Source: an uncultured delta proteobacterium
Lineage (GTDB): Bacteria; Desulfobacterota; Binatia; Binatales; Binataceae
Length of the DNA stretch: 64,000 bases
NCBI GenBank assembly: GCA_963842085.1
Contig: CAWJET010000001.1
Span: 896,001 to 960,000, forward strand
Direction: 5' to 3'
Shown one piece after another: positions 38,236-47,789 of this stretch (its first letter is position 1; each line of letters starts with the position of its first letter). A model generated the notes under the pieces. It did not search any database, was not told the origin of the DNA, and saw only the letters and a program-made list of their open reading frames with translations. The position numbers were made by a program, and so were the translations under genes.

Positions 38236-41200
38236 ATGAAAGAAGTTTCGCCTACACGCACAGCGGTCTCTGATTCAATGCCGGCCATTCACCCCCATAG
38301 TGCATTCGTCGGACGAGCGCGCGAATCCGAGATTCTGCGCTCCGCGGTGACCGGCCTGCTTGCGGGACGGGGTGGGTTGGTCATGCTCGCCGGAGAGCCC
38401 GGCATCGGCAAGACTCGCCTCGCCGAAGAATCCGCAAATTACGCAATCGCCAAGGGCTCGCGGGTAATATGGGGACGATGCTGGGAGGGTGGGGGCGCGC
38501 CGGCGTTCTGGCCGTGGATTCAACTGATTCGTGAAAGCGTTCACGCCTTTTCAGATTCGATGCTCGCTGAGGCAGGTTCCGGACTCAGCTGTATTGCCCA
38601 AATGGTTCCGGAACTGCGCTTGTCAACCGCCGCAGTGGAACCCGGCCGCAATCCCGTTTCAGCATGGCCGCTCGCTGAAGACTCGATGGCAGCGGGGCCC
38701 GAACGCTTCCGTCTTTTCGACGCCGTCACGGCCCTTTTCAAACAGCTTGCGGCGAACACACCGTTGATGATGGTGCTCGACGACCTTCATGCAGCCGACG
38801 AAGACTCACTCATGCTGCTGCGGTTTCTAGCGCGCGATTTGAAACAGACTCATATCCTGATGGTCGCCACTTATCGCGAGGTCGAATTACGGCAGTCGAG
38901 GGCGCATTCCACGTTGCTTTCGGAGATTAGCCGTGAGGGCAGCACCATTCTGCTTCGGGGTCTCAGCGTCGATGAAGTAGCGGATTTCATCGGACTCAAC
39001 TCCAGACTCGGAGCGGATGAATCGACTGTCTCCTCGCTCTATCATGCGACCGACGGAAATCCGTTTTTCCTCGACGAGATCGTCCGTTTGATTGTTGCCG
39101 AGCGCAACCTTGGTCACTCGATCAGCCTCGATTCAGGTTTTACTGTCCCGGACTCGGTCCGAACGATCATCCGGCGGCGTATCGCGCCGTTTGCAGAGCA
39201 AACGAAATCCGTCATGACGATCGCGTCGTTGATAGGAAAGGAATTTGACCTCGCCTTGCTCGCAGAGGTTACCGGAATTAGCATTGAGCAGCTTATCGAG
39301 TCACTCGAACAGGCCGCGGCTAATTCTCTAATTGTGGAAGTGACGGAAACATTCGGATGCTACCGTTTCGCTCACGAGGTCATCCGGGAAACGCTGCGCA
39401 CCGAGCTCGGCAAAACCGCAAGCGCGCGGCTTCATCAGCGGATCGCAGCCGCAATCGAAGAGCTGAATTCCAGGGACCTCGAGCCACACCTCGCTCGGCT
39501 CGCTCATCACTACGTTGAAGCGCTCCCGCTCGGGACGGCGGCAAAGGCTGTTGAATACGCCCGCCGGGGGGGCGAGCGCGCTCGCAAAGAATTGGCATTC
39601 GCGGAAGCGTCGCGTCTCTACGCGATCGCGCTCCGGGCGCTGGACTCCGTGCCGAGACGCGATGAGGTACAGCGCTGCGAAGTGCTGCTCGCGATGGGTG
39701 AAACCCAGGCCCAGGGCCGAAGCCTGAGGGAGGCGAGGCACAGCTTCGAGCGAGCTGCCGATATCGCTCGCAACTTGGGCCGAACAGATCTGCTGGCGCA
39801 AACCGCACTGAGCCTGAGCGCATGGTTCGGTGGCTTTTTCAACAAGGGTCGGCCACTGATCGGGGTCATCGCGGAAGTGCTGTCTTCGATGGATCCCGGC
39901 GACACTGCGGTTCGCGCCACACTGACTGCCAAGCTTGGCGGCGAGCACTACTGGACTGGTGAGCGCGAAAAGGGCCTGTCTCTTTGCCAGGAGGCCGTGG
40001 CAATGGCACGGCGGATCGGGGACCCTCGCGCGCTCGTTTCGGCGCTCTGGGATCGCAGTCAGATCAGTTGGGGCCCCGAAAACGTGGAAGGTCGTCTCGC
40101 GACCGCGACCGAGATCGCCACACTGGCCGAATCGATCGGCGATTATCAATGCGCGCTGAGGGCGCGCGAAATGCGGTTTACCGCGTTGCTCGAAATCGGC
40201 GATATGGCAGGAATCGACGCAGAAGTGCGCGCCTACGCGGCACTTGCTGAGAAATCTGGCGAGCAGTTCGGAATCGTTGAAAGATTTCACGCCGCGCTTG
40301 CCCTATCGAGAGGGGACTTCGAACTGGCCGAGCGGAAGACGCGAGAATTGTCGCGGCACGCTCAGAGAAGGCAGGACCCGGCCTTACTTGCATGCGCCAG
40401 CTACCTCACGGAAATCTTGGGCCGCGAGCGCGACGGGATCGATCTGGCGCAGTTTGAGGGGCTTCGAAAAGCGAGGATCGCGCGGTCTTTGACTACCGCT
40501 GCTGTGTTCCGAATTGAGTTGGCCATCTTTTTCACGGCTATCGGGCGGCGGGCCGAAGCTCTGGCTGAGATGGGGTCTCTCGAAAGAAACAACTTCGCCG
40601 CTATTCCGCGCGACTGGAACTGGCTCTACAACATGTGCGGTCTCGCGACCCTGTGCGTAGGTCTGCGCGACGCTCAACGCGCCGCTGCCGTTTACGAACT
40701 TCTTCTTCCCTACGCCAATCGCAATGTAACTGCGGGCTGGGGCGATCTAGCTTACGGTTGCTCGAGTCGATTCCTGGGCATGTTGGCAGGGGTGATAGAT
40801 CGGGCCAACGATGCGCAAGCTCACTTCGAGCAGGCTTTGGAATTCGATGATCGCATGGGATCCCGACCCTGGGCCGCTTACGCGCGATACGAATATGCCC
40901 GGGTGCTGCTAAATCGGGGCAACCAGGGCGATCTTGAACACGCACTCAAGCTGCTCACAGAAGCTCGGGAAATCACGTCCGCCATCGGGATGAAGCCGCT
41001 CGGGGGGCGCGTCAACTCGCTCATCGCCAAGGCCCAGGCACCCAAATCGAATCTCGCGGCCGCAACCGCCCGGCCACCAGCCGGCGCGAATACGGGCGAA
41101 CATTCGCAGCGCGTCATTGCCACGATTCTCTTCATCGACATCGTCAGCTCAACCGAGCACGTCACCGAGCTAAAGGACCGGCGATGGGTTGAACTCCGTG

Positions 41201-41595
41201 CCCGCTTTTTCGAGAGCGTCCGCAAAGAACTTGCGAGTTTCGGGGGACGCGAGATCAACACGGCCGGCGACGGGATGTTCGCGATATTTGATCGGCCGGA
41301 CACCGCGATTCATTGCGCGTTCGCGATGTCGGACGGCGCGCAGAAGATCGGCCTGCAGATAAGAGCCGGCATTCACACCGGCGAATGCGAACTGGTCGGC
41401 GGTGATGCTGTCGGCATCGCGGTACATATCGGCGCGCGGGTCGCCGGCTGCGCCGCCGCGACCGAGGTGATGGTTTCAAGCACGGTAAGGGATTTGTTGG
41501 CCGGCGGCGATATATCATTCACCGACCGGGGCAGCCGTGTGCTGAAGGGGATTCTGGGCGAGTGGCGGCTCTACGCTGTCCAGCCGATAGAATAG
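38236..41595 (+). CDS. STAND ATPase-TPR protein with C-terminal class III nucleotide cyclase (start uncertain)
   Basis: GEPGIGKT, VLDDLH, GNPFF, helical repeats, then ILFIDIVSST..EINTAGDG..RAGIHTGE..VHIGARV. Confidence 0.88.
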   Translation: MKEVSPTRTAVSDSMPAIHPHSAFVGRARESEILRSAVTGLLAGRGGLVMLAGEPGIGKTRLAEESANYAIAKGSRVIWGRCWEGGGAPAFWPWIQLIRESVHAFSDSMLAEAGSGLSCIAQMVPELRLSTAAVEPGRNPVSAWPLAEDSMAAGPERFRLFDAVTALFKQLAANTPLMMVLDDLHAADEDSLMLLRFLARDLKQTHILMVATYREVELRQSRAHSTLLSEISREGSTILLRGLSVDEVADFIGLNSRLGADESTVSSLYHATDGNPFFLDEIVRLIVAERNLGHSISLDSGFTVPDSVRTIIRRRIAPFAEQTKSVMTIASLIGKEFDLALLAEVTGISIEQLIESLEQAAANSLIVEVTETFGCYRFAHEVIRETLRTELGKTASARLHQRIAAAIEELNSRDLEPHLARLAHHYVEALPLGTAAKAVEYARRGGERARKELAFAEASRLYAIALRALDSVPRRDEVQRCEVLLAMGETQAQGRSLREARHSFERAADIARNLGRTDLLAQTALSLSAWFGGFFNKGRPLIGVIAEVLSSMDPGDTAVRATLTAKLGGEHYWTGEREKGLSLCQEAVAMARRIGDPRALVSALWDRSQISWGPENVEGRLATATEIATLAESIGDYQCALRAREMRFTALLEIGDMAGIDAEVRAYAALAEKSGEQFGIVERFHAALALSRGDFELAERKTRELSRHAQRRQDPALLACASYLTEILGRERDGIDLAQFEGLRKARIARSLTTAAVFRIELAIFFTAIGRRAEALAEMGSLERNNFAAIPRDWNWLYNMCGLATLCVGLRDAQRAAAVYELLLPYANRNVTAGWGDLAYGCSSRFLGMLAGVIDRANDAQAHFEQALEFDDRMGSRPWAAYARYEYARVLLNRGNQGDLEHALKLLTEAREITSAIGMKPLGGRVNSLIAKAQAPKSNLAAATARPPAGANTGEHSQRVIATILFIDIVSSTEHVTELKDRRWVELRARFFESVRKELASFGGREINTAGDGMFAIFDRPDTAIHCAFAMSDGAQKIGLQIRAGIHTGECELVGGDAVGIAVHIGARVAGCAAATEVMVSSTVRDLLAGGDISFTDRGSRVLKGILGEWRLYAVQPIE

Positions 41596-41699
41596 ATCTC
41601 CAGGTCTCCGGAGGCCAATGGCCTCGCGCGGCTTCTCCGAGCATGACAAGCGCGACGAGGCGAGCGCGACGCACACCGTGCACGCCGCCGCCCCGAATC

Positions 41700-42629
41700 T
41701 CACATGAGTTGGAGTTTTGCGCAGGCACAAGGTTCCTCGCGATGGCACTGAAACTGACCTGTGTCTGGCGAATTGCTGATTCTGGGAAAATCAGTAATTC
41801 GCCACACACAGGTGAATTTCGGCTCCCGGCGCTGCAAAAACGCCTGCAGTCCTTCTTGACGGTCCCGGCTTATCTCCTGCGGATGGGTGAATAGGATGTA
41901 TTCCCGTTCATCTACACGGACTTTGTTGTCCGTTGTCTTGTAGTGCCCGTACTTGACCGACTTGATGTAAAGCGGCGGAATCTTCTTGAGCAAGTCAGCC
42001 CAGCGGATCGCCTCGTCCATCACCTGCTCATCCGCAACGACCCTGTTGACCAGCCCGACCTCATAGGCGCGCTGCGCGTCCATGATCTGCCCGCCATTCC
42101 AAGCTAGCAGCATGAACTCGAGGCTGATCTTGAAGGGCATATAGGGAAGATACTCCACCGGTGGGATCGGCGTGCCAATCCGTGCTTCCGGAAAACCCAT
42201 CAGCGTGCTCTCGCCGGCGATCGTAATGTCGCAGCCGCGAACCGCGAGCGCATAGCCGGCCCCCAGCGTGTAGCCCTTGATCGCGCCGACGATCGGCTTG
42301 AACACGGTGATGCCGTTCTGCGGATAGCCTTGATGGACTTGAAATGGCACTTCGCGATCGATCGCACCGGGGCTCACGTCCGCGCCGGCGCAGAAATGCT
42401 TGCCAGCGCCGGTGAGGATGGCGACTTTGGCGGCAGGGTCGGCCTCGAACCGTTTCCAGGTTGCGCACAAGGCGTCACTGAGCGCGCCGTTGAGCGCGTT
42501 GACCTTTTCTGGCCGATTCAACGTGATGAAGGCGATTTGATCCTTCACCTCATAGAGCAGCACATTCTCTGACTTCGCCGCCTTGAGCTTGGCGTTGCGC
42601 TTCTCCTGCGCGCTCAACACACTAGCCAT
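41700..42629 (-). CDS. Enoyl-CoA hydratase/isomerase with C-terminus interrupted in frame by the palindrome
   Basis: ITLNRPEKVNAL, FCAGAD; ends REPKFT-[CVWRITDFPRISNSPDT]-GQ... Confidence 0.85.
   Translation of the reverse strand: MASVLSAQEKRNAKLKAAKSENVLLYEVKDQIAFITLNRPEKVNALNGALSDALCATWKRFEADPAAKVAILTGAGKHFCAGADVSPGAIDREVPFQVHQGYPQNGITVFKPIVGAIKGYTLGAGYALAVRGCDITIAGESTLMGFPEARIGTPIPPVEYLPYMPFKISLEFMLLAWNGGQIMDAQRAYEVGLVNRVVADEQVMDEAIRWADLLKKIPPLYIKSVKYGHYKTTDNKVRVDEREYILFTHPQEISRDRQEGLQAFLQRREPKFTCVWRITDFPRISNSPDTGQFQCHREEPCACAKLQLM
41757..41813. repeat. Palindromic element copy 3
   Basis: ACCTGTGTCTGGCGAATTGCTGATT-CTGGGAA-AATCAGTAATTCGCCACACACAGGT. Confidence 0.92.
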
Positions 42630-42860
42630 GGCGTCTCTCCTCTGATTGGTCACGCGGCCTCAGCGCCTCCACCGCCGTCTCTGCGATCGGATCTGCCGGA
42701 TTGGTGTAAACCGGGATCTTCACTTCGAAACTTGATTCAGACTCGCACCGGTACCGGGCGGTTTGCAAACGCGCATACGAAAAGGCGCCTCCCCCCGGGC
42801 GCCGGGAGGGGCTGGTTTCGCATCTCGCGGCCGCGCAACGCATTCATTCGACGGTCAGCT

Positions 42861-42917
42861 TGGTGTGTGTGGCGAATTGCTGATTCTGGGAAAATCAGCA
42901 ATTCGCCACACACAGGT
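42861..42917. repeat. Palindromic element copy 4
   Basis: TGGTGTGTGTGGCGAATTGCTGATT-CTGGGAA-AATCAGCAATTCGCCACACACAGGT. Confidence 0.92.
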
Positions 42918-43716
42918 CGGAAGCGAATTTAAATATACCGTCAAGGCTGGCGATACCCTGGTCAGCATCGGCGCTCGTAGTGGAATCGAGAGCGGGACGC
43001 TGGCAGCAATGAACGGACTCAAACCAAGGACAGCCTTGAAGCCGGGTCAGGTGCTTTACATCGACAACCGCCACATCGTTCCGGCGGATTTGCCCGATGG
43101 CATTCTGGTCAATCTGCCGCAGCGAAAACTGTTCTTACTGAATGGCGGCAAGGTCCAGGGAAATTATCCGATTGGTCCGGGTAAGGCTGCCTTCGCTACG
43201 CCAATCGGCAGCTTCGCGGTTATTCAGATGCGCGAGAACCCGACCTGGTATGTACCGAAATCGATCCAGGACGAATGGGCGCGAGCAGGCAAGGTGGTCA
43301 AGAAGACCGTTCCACCCGGCCCTAACAATCCATTAGGCGGTTACTGGATCGGACTGAGCTTTCCGTCGTACGGGATTCACGGCACGAATGCTCCGCTCTC
43401 GATCTATGACTTTCAGAGCCGGGGTTGTATTCGGATGCATCCCGATGACGCGGGCGCGCTGTTCCGGCAGGTGAAAGTCGGCCAGCCTGGAGAGATCATT
43501 TATGAGCCCGTGTTGATGGCGCAACTCCAGGACGGCGAGATCCTTCTCGAAGTGCATCGTGATCCGTACAGAAAGAAGAGCAAGGACGCACTGCAATTTG
43601 TCCGCGACTTGGCCGCCGCCAACAATCTGGAACAACAGATCGATTGGAGGAAGACCACGGAGGCAATATCCCGCAACGACGGCGTAGCCCGCGAGATCAG
43701 TGCGATCACCCACTGA
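42916..43716 (+). pseudogene. LysM + L,D-transpeptidase (YkuD/ErfK family) lacking its signal peptide
   Basis: YTVKAGDTL LysM, PGPNNPLG, YGIHGT, SRGCIRM; recognisable homology starts at the palindrome. Confidence 0.78.
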
Positions 43717-43813
43717 TGATCCGCGGCCCCGCGTCGTCTCGTCTGCGCTTGGAATCGTCTGAGCATCGCCCGGTGGAAGTCCGCACTTAAGCGGGACCGT
43801 CGCTGTGCGAAGA

Positions 43814-45106
43814 CTAGAATTTCCAGATGATGTTGACCGCGACAAAGTTCAAAAGGTTCGTTGAATGGTGCCCCTGCAGAGTTCCGGCCAGCGGTCCGCG
43901 GCGATTGCTGTAGGGGCCCGGCCCGGCGTCCATCAACTCCCATGCGGTACCCGCCGTCACATTTTCATTGATCTGGTATTGGATGCCGGTTCCGTAGCGT
44001 AACTGTCGATCCAGTGGCAGCACGGCGTTACGATTCGCTTTCGAAACCGGCGAACTGTCATACGCGAATCCCGCTGACCACAGCCACCTCTCGGCGATCC
44101 GATATTGCTGCCCAATCGCTATCTGCCATGTGTTCGAGAAATGCAGATTCGTGTCGACATCCGTCGTTTGCGTGGGCGAGGAGATTCCGACTGGGAATTC
44201 CCCGAAATCCGCCCAGTTCTGCCATCCGACGTTGCCCATAAGACTGAGGTTCGGCAGGACCTCGTAGACCCCACTTGCCATCACTTGCTCCGGTTTCGAC
44301 AAAGGAAGATTGACTTTCACTCCGCCGATTTTTTTGCGGATAAAATTGAGACCGGGGCCGAGACCCGTCAGGTGCGTCCGAAAGCCGAATTTGTAATCTT
44401 CCGGCGACTGATAAGTGAGTCCGATGCGAAGTTTGGAAAACGGCCTGACCAATATGCCGACGTTACCGCCGAACGCTTCGTCCCACGACTCTAACGCCAA
44501 GCCGCCATCCGGTAGAGGAGGCCTAAGGATGCGAGGGGGGTTCTTAATTTTCGATTGAAACGTGAGACGCCCGACCCCGAAGTTGAAACCTGCTCCCACT
44601 GACAGCCAGTTATTCACCTGGTAAGCGATTGACGGGTTGACCTTGCCGGTGATGAGTTGGGCCCGGGTTATGTAATAGCGCCCGACCCAGGTTTTGCCGT
44701 AATCTCCGCTAAGACCGAAATCTGAAACGATCGCCACGCCGAGCCGCACTCGCTCGGACCATTTGTACACATAGAAGAACGAGCCGATTGGAAAGAACAC
44801 GCCGGAATTGCCACCACCGCCGCCCTGTGTTGTGGTTTGCGGCGCTACATCGAAGTTGGTCGAGGGCAGGAGCGCGCCGGACGCACCCAGCAGTTGCGAA
44901 CGATCGAGCAGTGTCATCCCGGCGGGATTGGCGGCAGCGGTCGAGGCGTCCGCAGCCATTGCGGCACGCCCGGCGCTCGCGGTGCCGAGGTCAGGTGCGC
45001 CGGTCTCATAGAGCAGAAGCCCGGAGCCTCGCGCAGACGTGGCGAGCGCCAGCACGGCCGCGATTGCCAGACAGATAGGCCTATGTGTCCGGCGCAACAG
45101 TTGCAC
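43814..45106 (-). CDS. FadL/OmpP1/TodX-family outer membrane transporter
   Basis: Signal peptide, ASTAAANPAGM, AYDSSPV, terminal Phe. Confidence 0.85.
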   Translation of the reverse strand: MQLLRRTHRPICLAIAAVLALATSARGSGLLLYETGAPDLGTASAGRAAMAADASTAAANPAGMTLLDRSQLLGASGALLPSTNFDVAPQTTTQGGGGGNSGVFFPIGSFFYVYKWSERVRLGVAIVSDFGLSGDYGKTWVGRYYITRAQLITGKVNPSIAYQVNNWLSVGAGFNFGVGRLTFQSKIKNPPRILRPPLPDGGLALESWDEAFGGNVGILVRPFSKLRIGLTYQSPEDYKFGFRTHLTGLGPGLNFIRKKIGGVKVNLPLSKPEQVMASGVYEVLPNLSLMGNVGWQNWADFGEFPVGISSPTQTTDVDTNLHFSNTWQIAIGQQYRIAERWLWSAGFAYDSSPVSKANRNAVLPLDRQLRYGTGIQYQINENVTAGTAWELMDAGPGPYSNRRGPLAGTLQGHHSTNLLNFVAVNIIWKF

Positions 45107-45227
45107 AGCCGTCCCCTGCTGTTTTACACAGCACGCTTGACAAAGACAGCCGGAACGGCGGGCATCAGACTGTCGATGTCCATCGTGCTAAGTGGCGATC
45201 CGACTCGTCTACGGCGCAATCATGGTG

Positions 45228-47609
45228 CTACTGCAGGGTCATCAACATGTTCACCAGGTCTTCGCGTGAGATGAGATGATCCACGTTTTCTTTCGTGTCC
45301 GCGTCGATCACTATGACTTGCACTGTCCCCGTGAACGCGTTGTTCTCAGTCGGCACCTCAGGCGTTACCGGTGCTCCGCGCTTCAGACCAACGTCGGAGG
45401 TTTCATCTGCAGAAAAGACCATGGCTATTGTATGTTCGACCCGGCCTGAACCCACCGGGTTACCGTCAATATAGAGCGTCACGGTTCCTCCCTTTCCTAA
45501 GCCGCCGCCGTCGTATGCAAACTCCATTCGCACCTGATGTTCGCCGGATGGGAGTGGCTGTGTCGCCGAGATGGTGTACTTCTCTAATCCGGCGAAGTTG
45601 TAGCAATACTTCAAGTGAGCGTCTTTGACATAGAGGATCCATCCTCCGGCAAAGCCCCCCTGCGATAGAATCGCGCCTTCACACGGTTTGCCATCGGGTA
45701 CAATCACTTGAGCAGTGATCGAATGACTCTTGTTCTTTATGTTTAGCACTGCACTTTCATTTAACCCGCCCATGCCTCTCGCGAGTATCTGTGTATTGCC
45801 ACGTACCAGCGTTGGCCGGCCCGCCAGATCAGAGTTGAAGCGCTCGATAATGCGATCGTCCATCGGCAAAACGCCATTGCGTGTCGCCTCGATAATCCAC
45901 AAGCGCTGCAGCTCATGCAGTTTTTCAGGCATCTGCTTCGAAAGGTCATGTGCCTGTGTCCAATCCTTATTTGTGTCGTACAATTCCCAAACGTCATCAT
46001 CGAATGGCGGCGTCTTTCCGGTCACTATCCACGGGGTGCGATGGCGGGTCACGGCCGTCCAGCCCTTATGGTAGATCCCGCGATTGCCAAACATCTCAAA
46101 GTACTGCGTCTCGCGCCGCTCCGCCGCTTTCGCGTCGTCGAAGCTATAGAGCATGCTGACGCCCTGCATCGGTACCTGCGCGACGCTATTAACCATGTAG
46201 GGTTCGGGAAGCTGGGCCGCTTCGAGAATCGTCGGTGCTACATCGATCACGTGGTGAAATTGATTCCTGATCTCTCCCTTGGCCCTGATCCCCTTGGGCC
46301 AATGGACCACTGTGCCGTTGCGCGTTCCGCCCCAGTGCGATGCGACCTGCTTGGTCCATTGATATGGCGTGTCCGTGGCGTGCGCCCAGCCCACGGCGTA
46401 GTGATTATACGACTCCGGAGTGCCTAGTTTGTTGATGTGAGCTTTCAGGAACTCCTTGGTTTCCAACGCGCTGAGGCCGTTGGCAACAAGAACCTCGTTG
46501 AAAGTACCCAGCGGAGTTCCTTCACCCGAAGCTCCGTTATCGCCGATGATATAGTAGATCATCGTGTCGTCGAATACCTGTAATTGTTTCAACGCGTCGA
46601 TTAGCCGCCCAATGTGATAATCGGTGAACTCCAGGAACCCAGCGAACACTTCCATTTGGCGAGCCAACACGGGTTTAAAATCCGCAGCCTGGTCGTCCCA
46701 TGCGGGAATCTCGGAAGGACGTTTTGTCAGATCGCAGCCCTCGGGAATAACTCCGAGCTTTTTCTGGCGCGCGAAAATCTCTTCGCGAAGTTTGTCCCAT
46801 CCTTGATCGAACTTGCCTTTGTATTTGTCAGCCCACTCCTTCGGAACGTGATGCGGCGCGTGGGCTGCTCCCGGCGCGAAGTACATCAAAAAGGGCCTGG
46901 ACGCTGCCAACACTCGCTGCTGACGCACCCAGTCGATCGCGCGATCGGTCATGTCAGCCATGAAATGGTAGCCTTCTTCGGGTGTAGCGGGAGGCTCGAC
47001 ACTCTTGGTGCCTTCGTGAAGCGACGGATAATACTGATTCGTCTCGCCCGCGAGGAATCCGTAGAAGTGTTCGAATCCTGAACCCGTGGGCCAGCGATCG
47101 AACGGGCCTACCGGACTCGCCTCCCACACCGGCACTTCATGGCACTTGCCGAACTGGGCTGTAGAGTATCCGTTCATTCGAAGAATCTCAGCGATGGTCG
47201 CCATAGAGTTCGGCCGGCGCGAGGTATAGCCCGGTGCCGAGGTCGCCATCTCCGTAATTCCACCAAACCCCAGCATGTGATGGTTACGGCCGCCTAGAAG
47301 CGCTGACCGGGTCGGGGAGCACAGCGCCGTTGTGTGAAATCGCGTATATCGCAATCCGTTTGCCGCGAGCTGTTCAGCAATCGGCGTCTCGCATGGCCCT
47401 CCAAATGCACTCGACGCGCCGAACCCAACATCGTCAAGGAGTATGAGCAAAACGTTCGGCGCACCTTGCGGCGGACGCAGCACCTCGATCGGCGCAAACT
47501 TGGAATCGGGATCCTTCGCGTCATACGCGACAAATCCGGCATATTGCTTGTCGGGAATGGGCAGGACGTCGCGCTGAATTTGTTTCGATGTGTTCTTGGA
47601 ATCGCTCAT
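45228..47609 (-). CDS. Arylsulfatase (AtsA-like)
   Basis: PNVLLILLDDVGFG, formylglycine motif CSPTR, GKCH. Confidence 0.92.
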   Translation of the reverse strand: MSDSKNTSKQIQRDVLPIPDKQYAGFVAYDAKDPDSKFAPIEVLRPPQGAPNVLLILLDDVGFGASSAFGGPCETPIAEQLAANGLRYTRFHTTALCSPTRSALLGGRNHHMLGFGGITEMATSAPGYTSRRPNSMATIAEILRMNGYSTAQFGKCHEVPVWEASPVGPFDRWPTGSGFEHFYGFLAGETNQYYPSLHEGTKSVEPPATPEEGYHFMADMTDRAIDWVRQQRVLAASRPFLMYFAPGAAHAPHHVPKEWADKYKGKFDQGWDKLREEIFARQKKLGVIPEGCDLTKRPSEIPAWDDQAADFKPVLARQMEVFAGFLEFTDYHIGRLIDALKQLQVFDDTMIYYIIGDNGASGEGTPLGTFNEVLVANGLSALETKEFLKAHINKLGTPESYNHYAVGWAHATDTPYQWTKQVASHWGGTRNGTVVHWPKGIRAKGEIRNQFHHVIDVAPTILEAAQLPEPYMVNSVAQVPMQGVSMLYSFDDAKAAERRETQYFEMFGNRGIYHKGWTAVTRHRTPWIVTGKTPPFDDDVWELYDTNKDWTQAHDLSKQMPEKLHELQRLWIIEATRNGVLPMDDRIIERFNSDLAGRPTLVRGNTQILARGMGGLNESAVLNIKNKSHSITAQVIVPDGKPCEGAILSQGGFAGGWILYVKDAHLKYCYNFAGLEKYTISATQPLPSGEHQVRMEFAYDGGGLGKGGTVTLYIDGNPVGSGRVEHTIAMVFSADETSDVGLKRGAPVTPEVPTENNAFTGTVQVIVIDADTKENVDHLISREDLVNMLMTLQ

Positions 47610-47789
47610 GATACTTCTCCCTCTGTCGCGTAGATTGAGGGTGCGGAAACGCGGTTAAAGCTGTGACTTTCCGAACCCCAAGCTTCTACAACCCTCGCGA
47701 AATCAGTGTCAAGCTGATGCACGCCACGGGTCCCCTTGCTCGCTGAGGCTGATGTTTTGGTAACACAACGGAAACCCATGCTTAAAACA

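Noticed and set aside
41755-41815. TGA direct repeat flanking copy 3 as a target-site duplication
   Set aside because: Not present at the other copies, and removing a 55-bp unit plus TGA does not restore a typical hydratase C-terminus.
28070-42917. Palindromes as a CRISPR array or integron attC sites
   Set aside because: Copies are 1-9 kb apart with no regular spacers; no cas or intI gene; no RYYYAAC/GTTRRRY ends.
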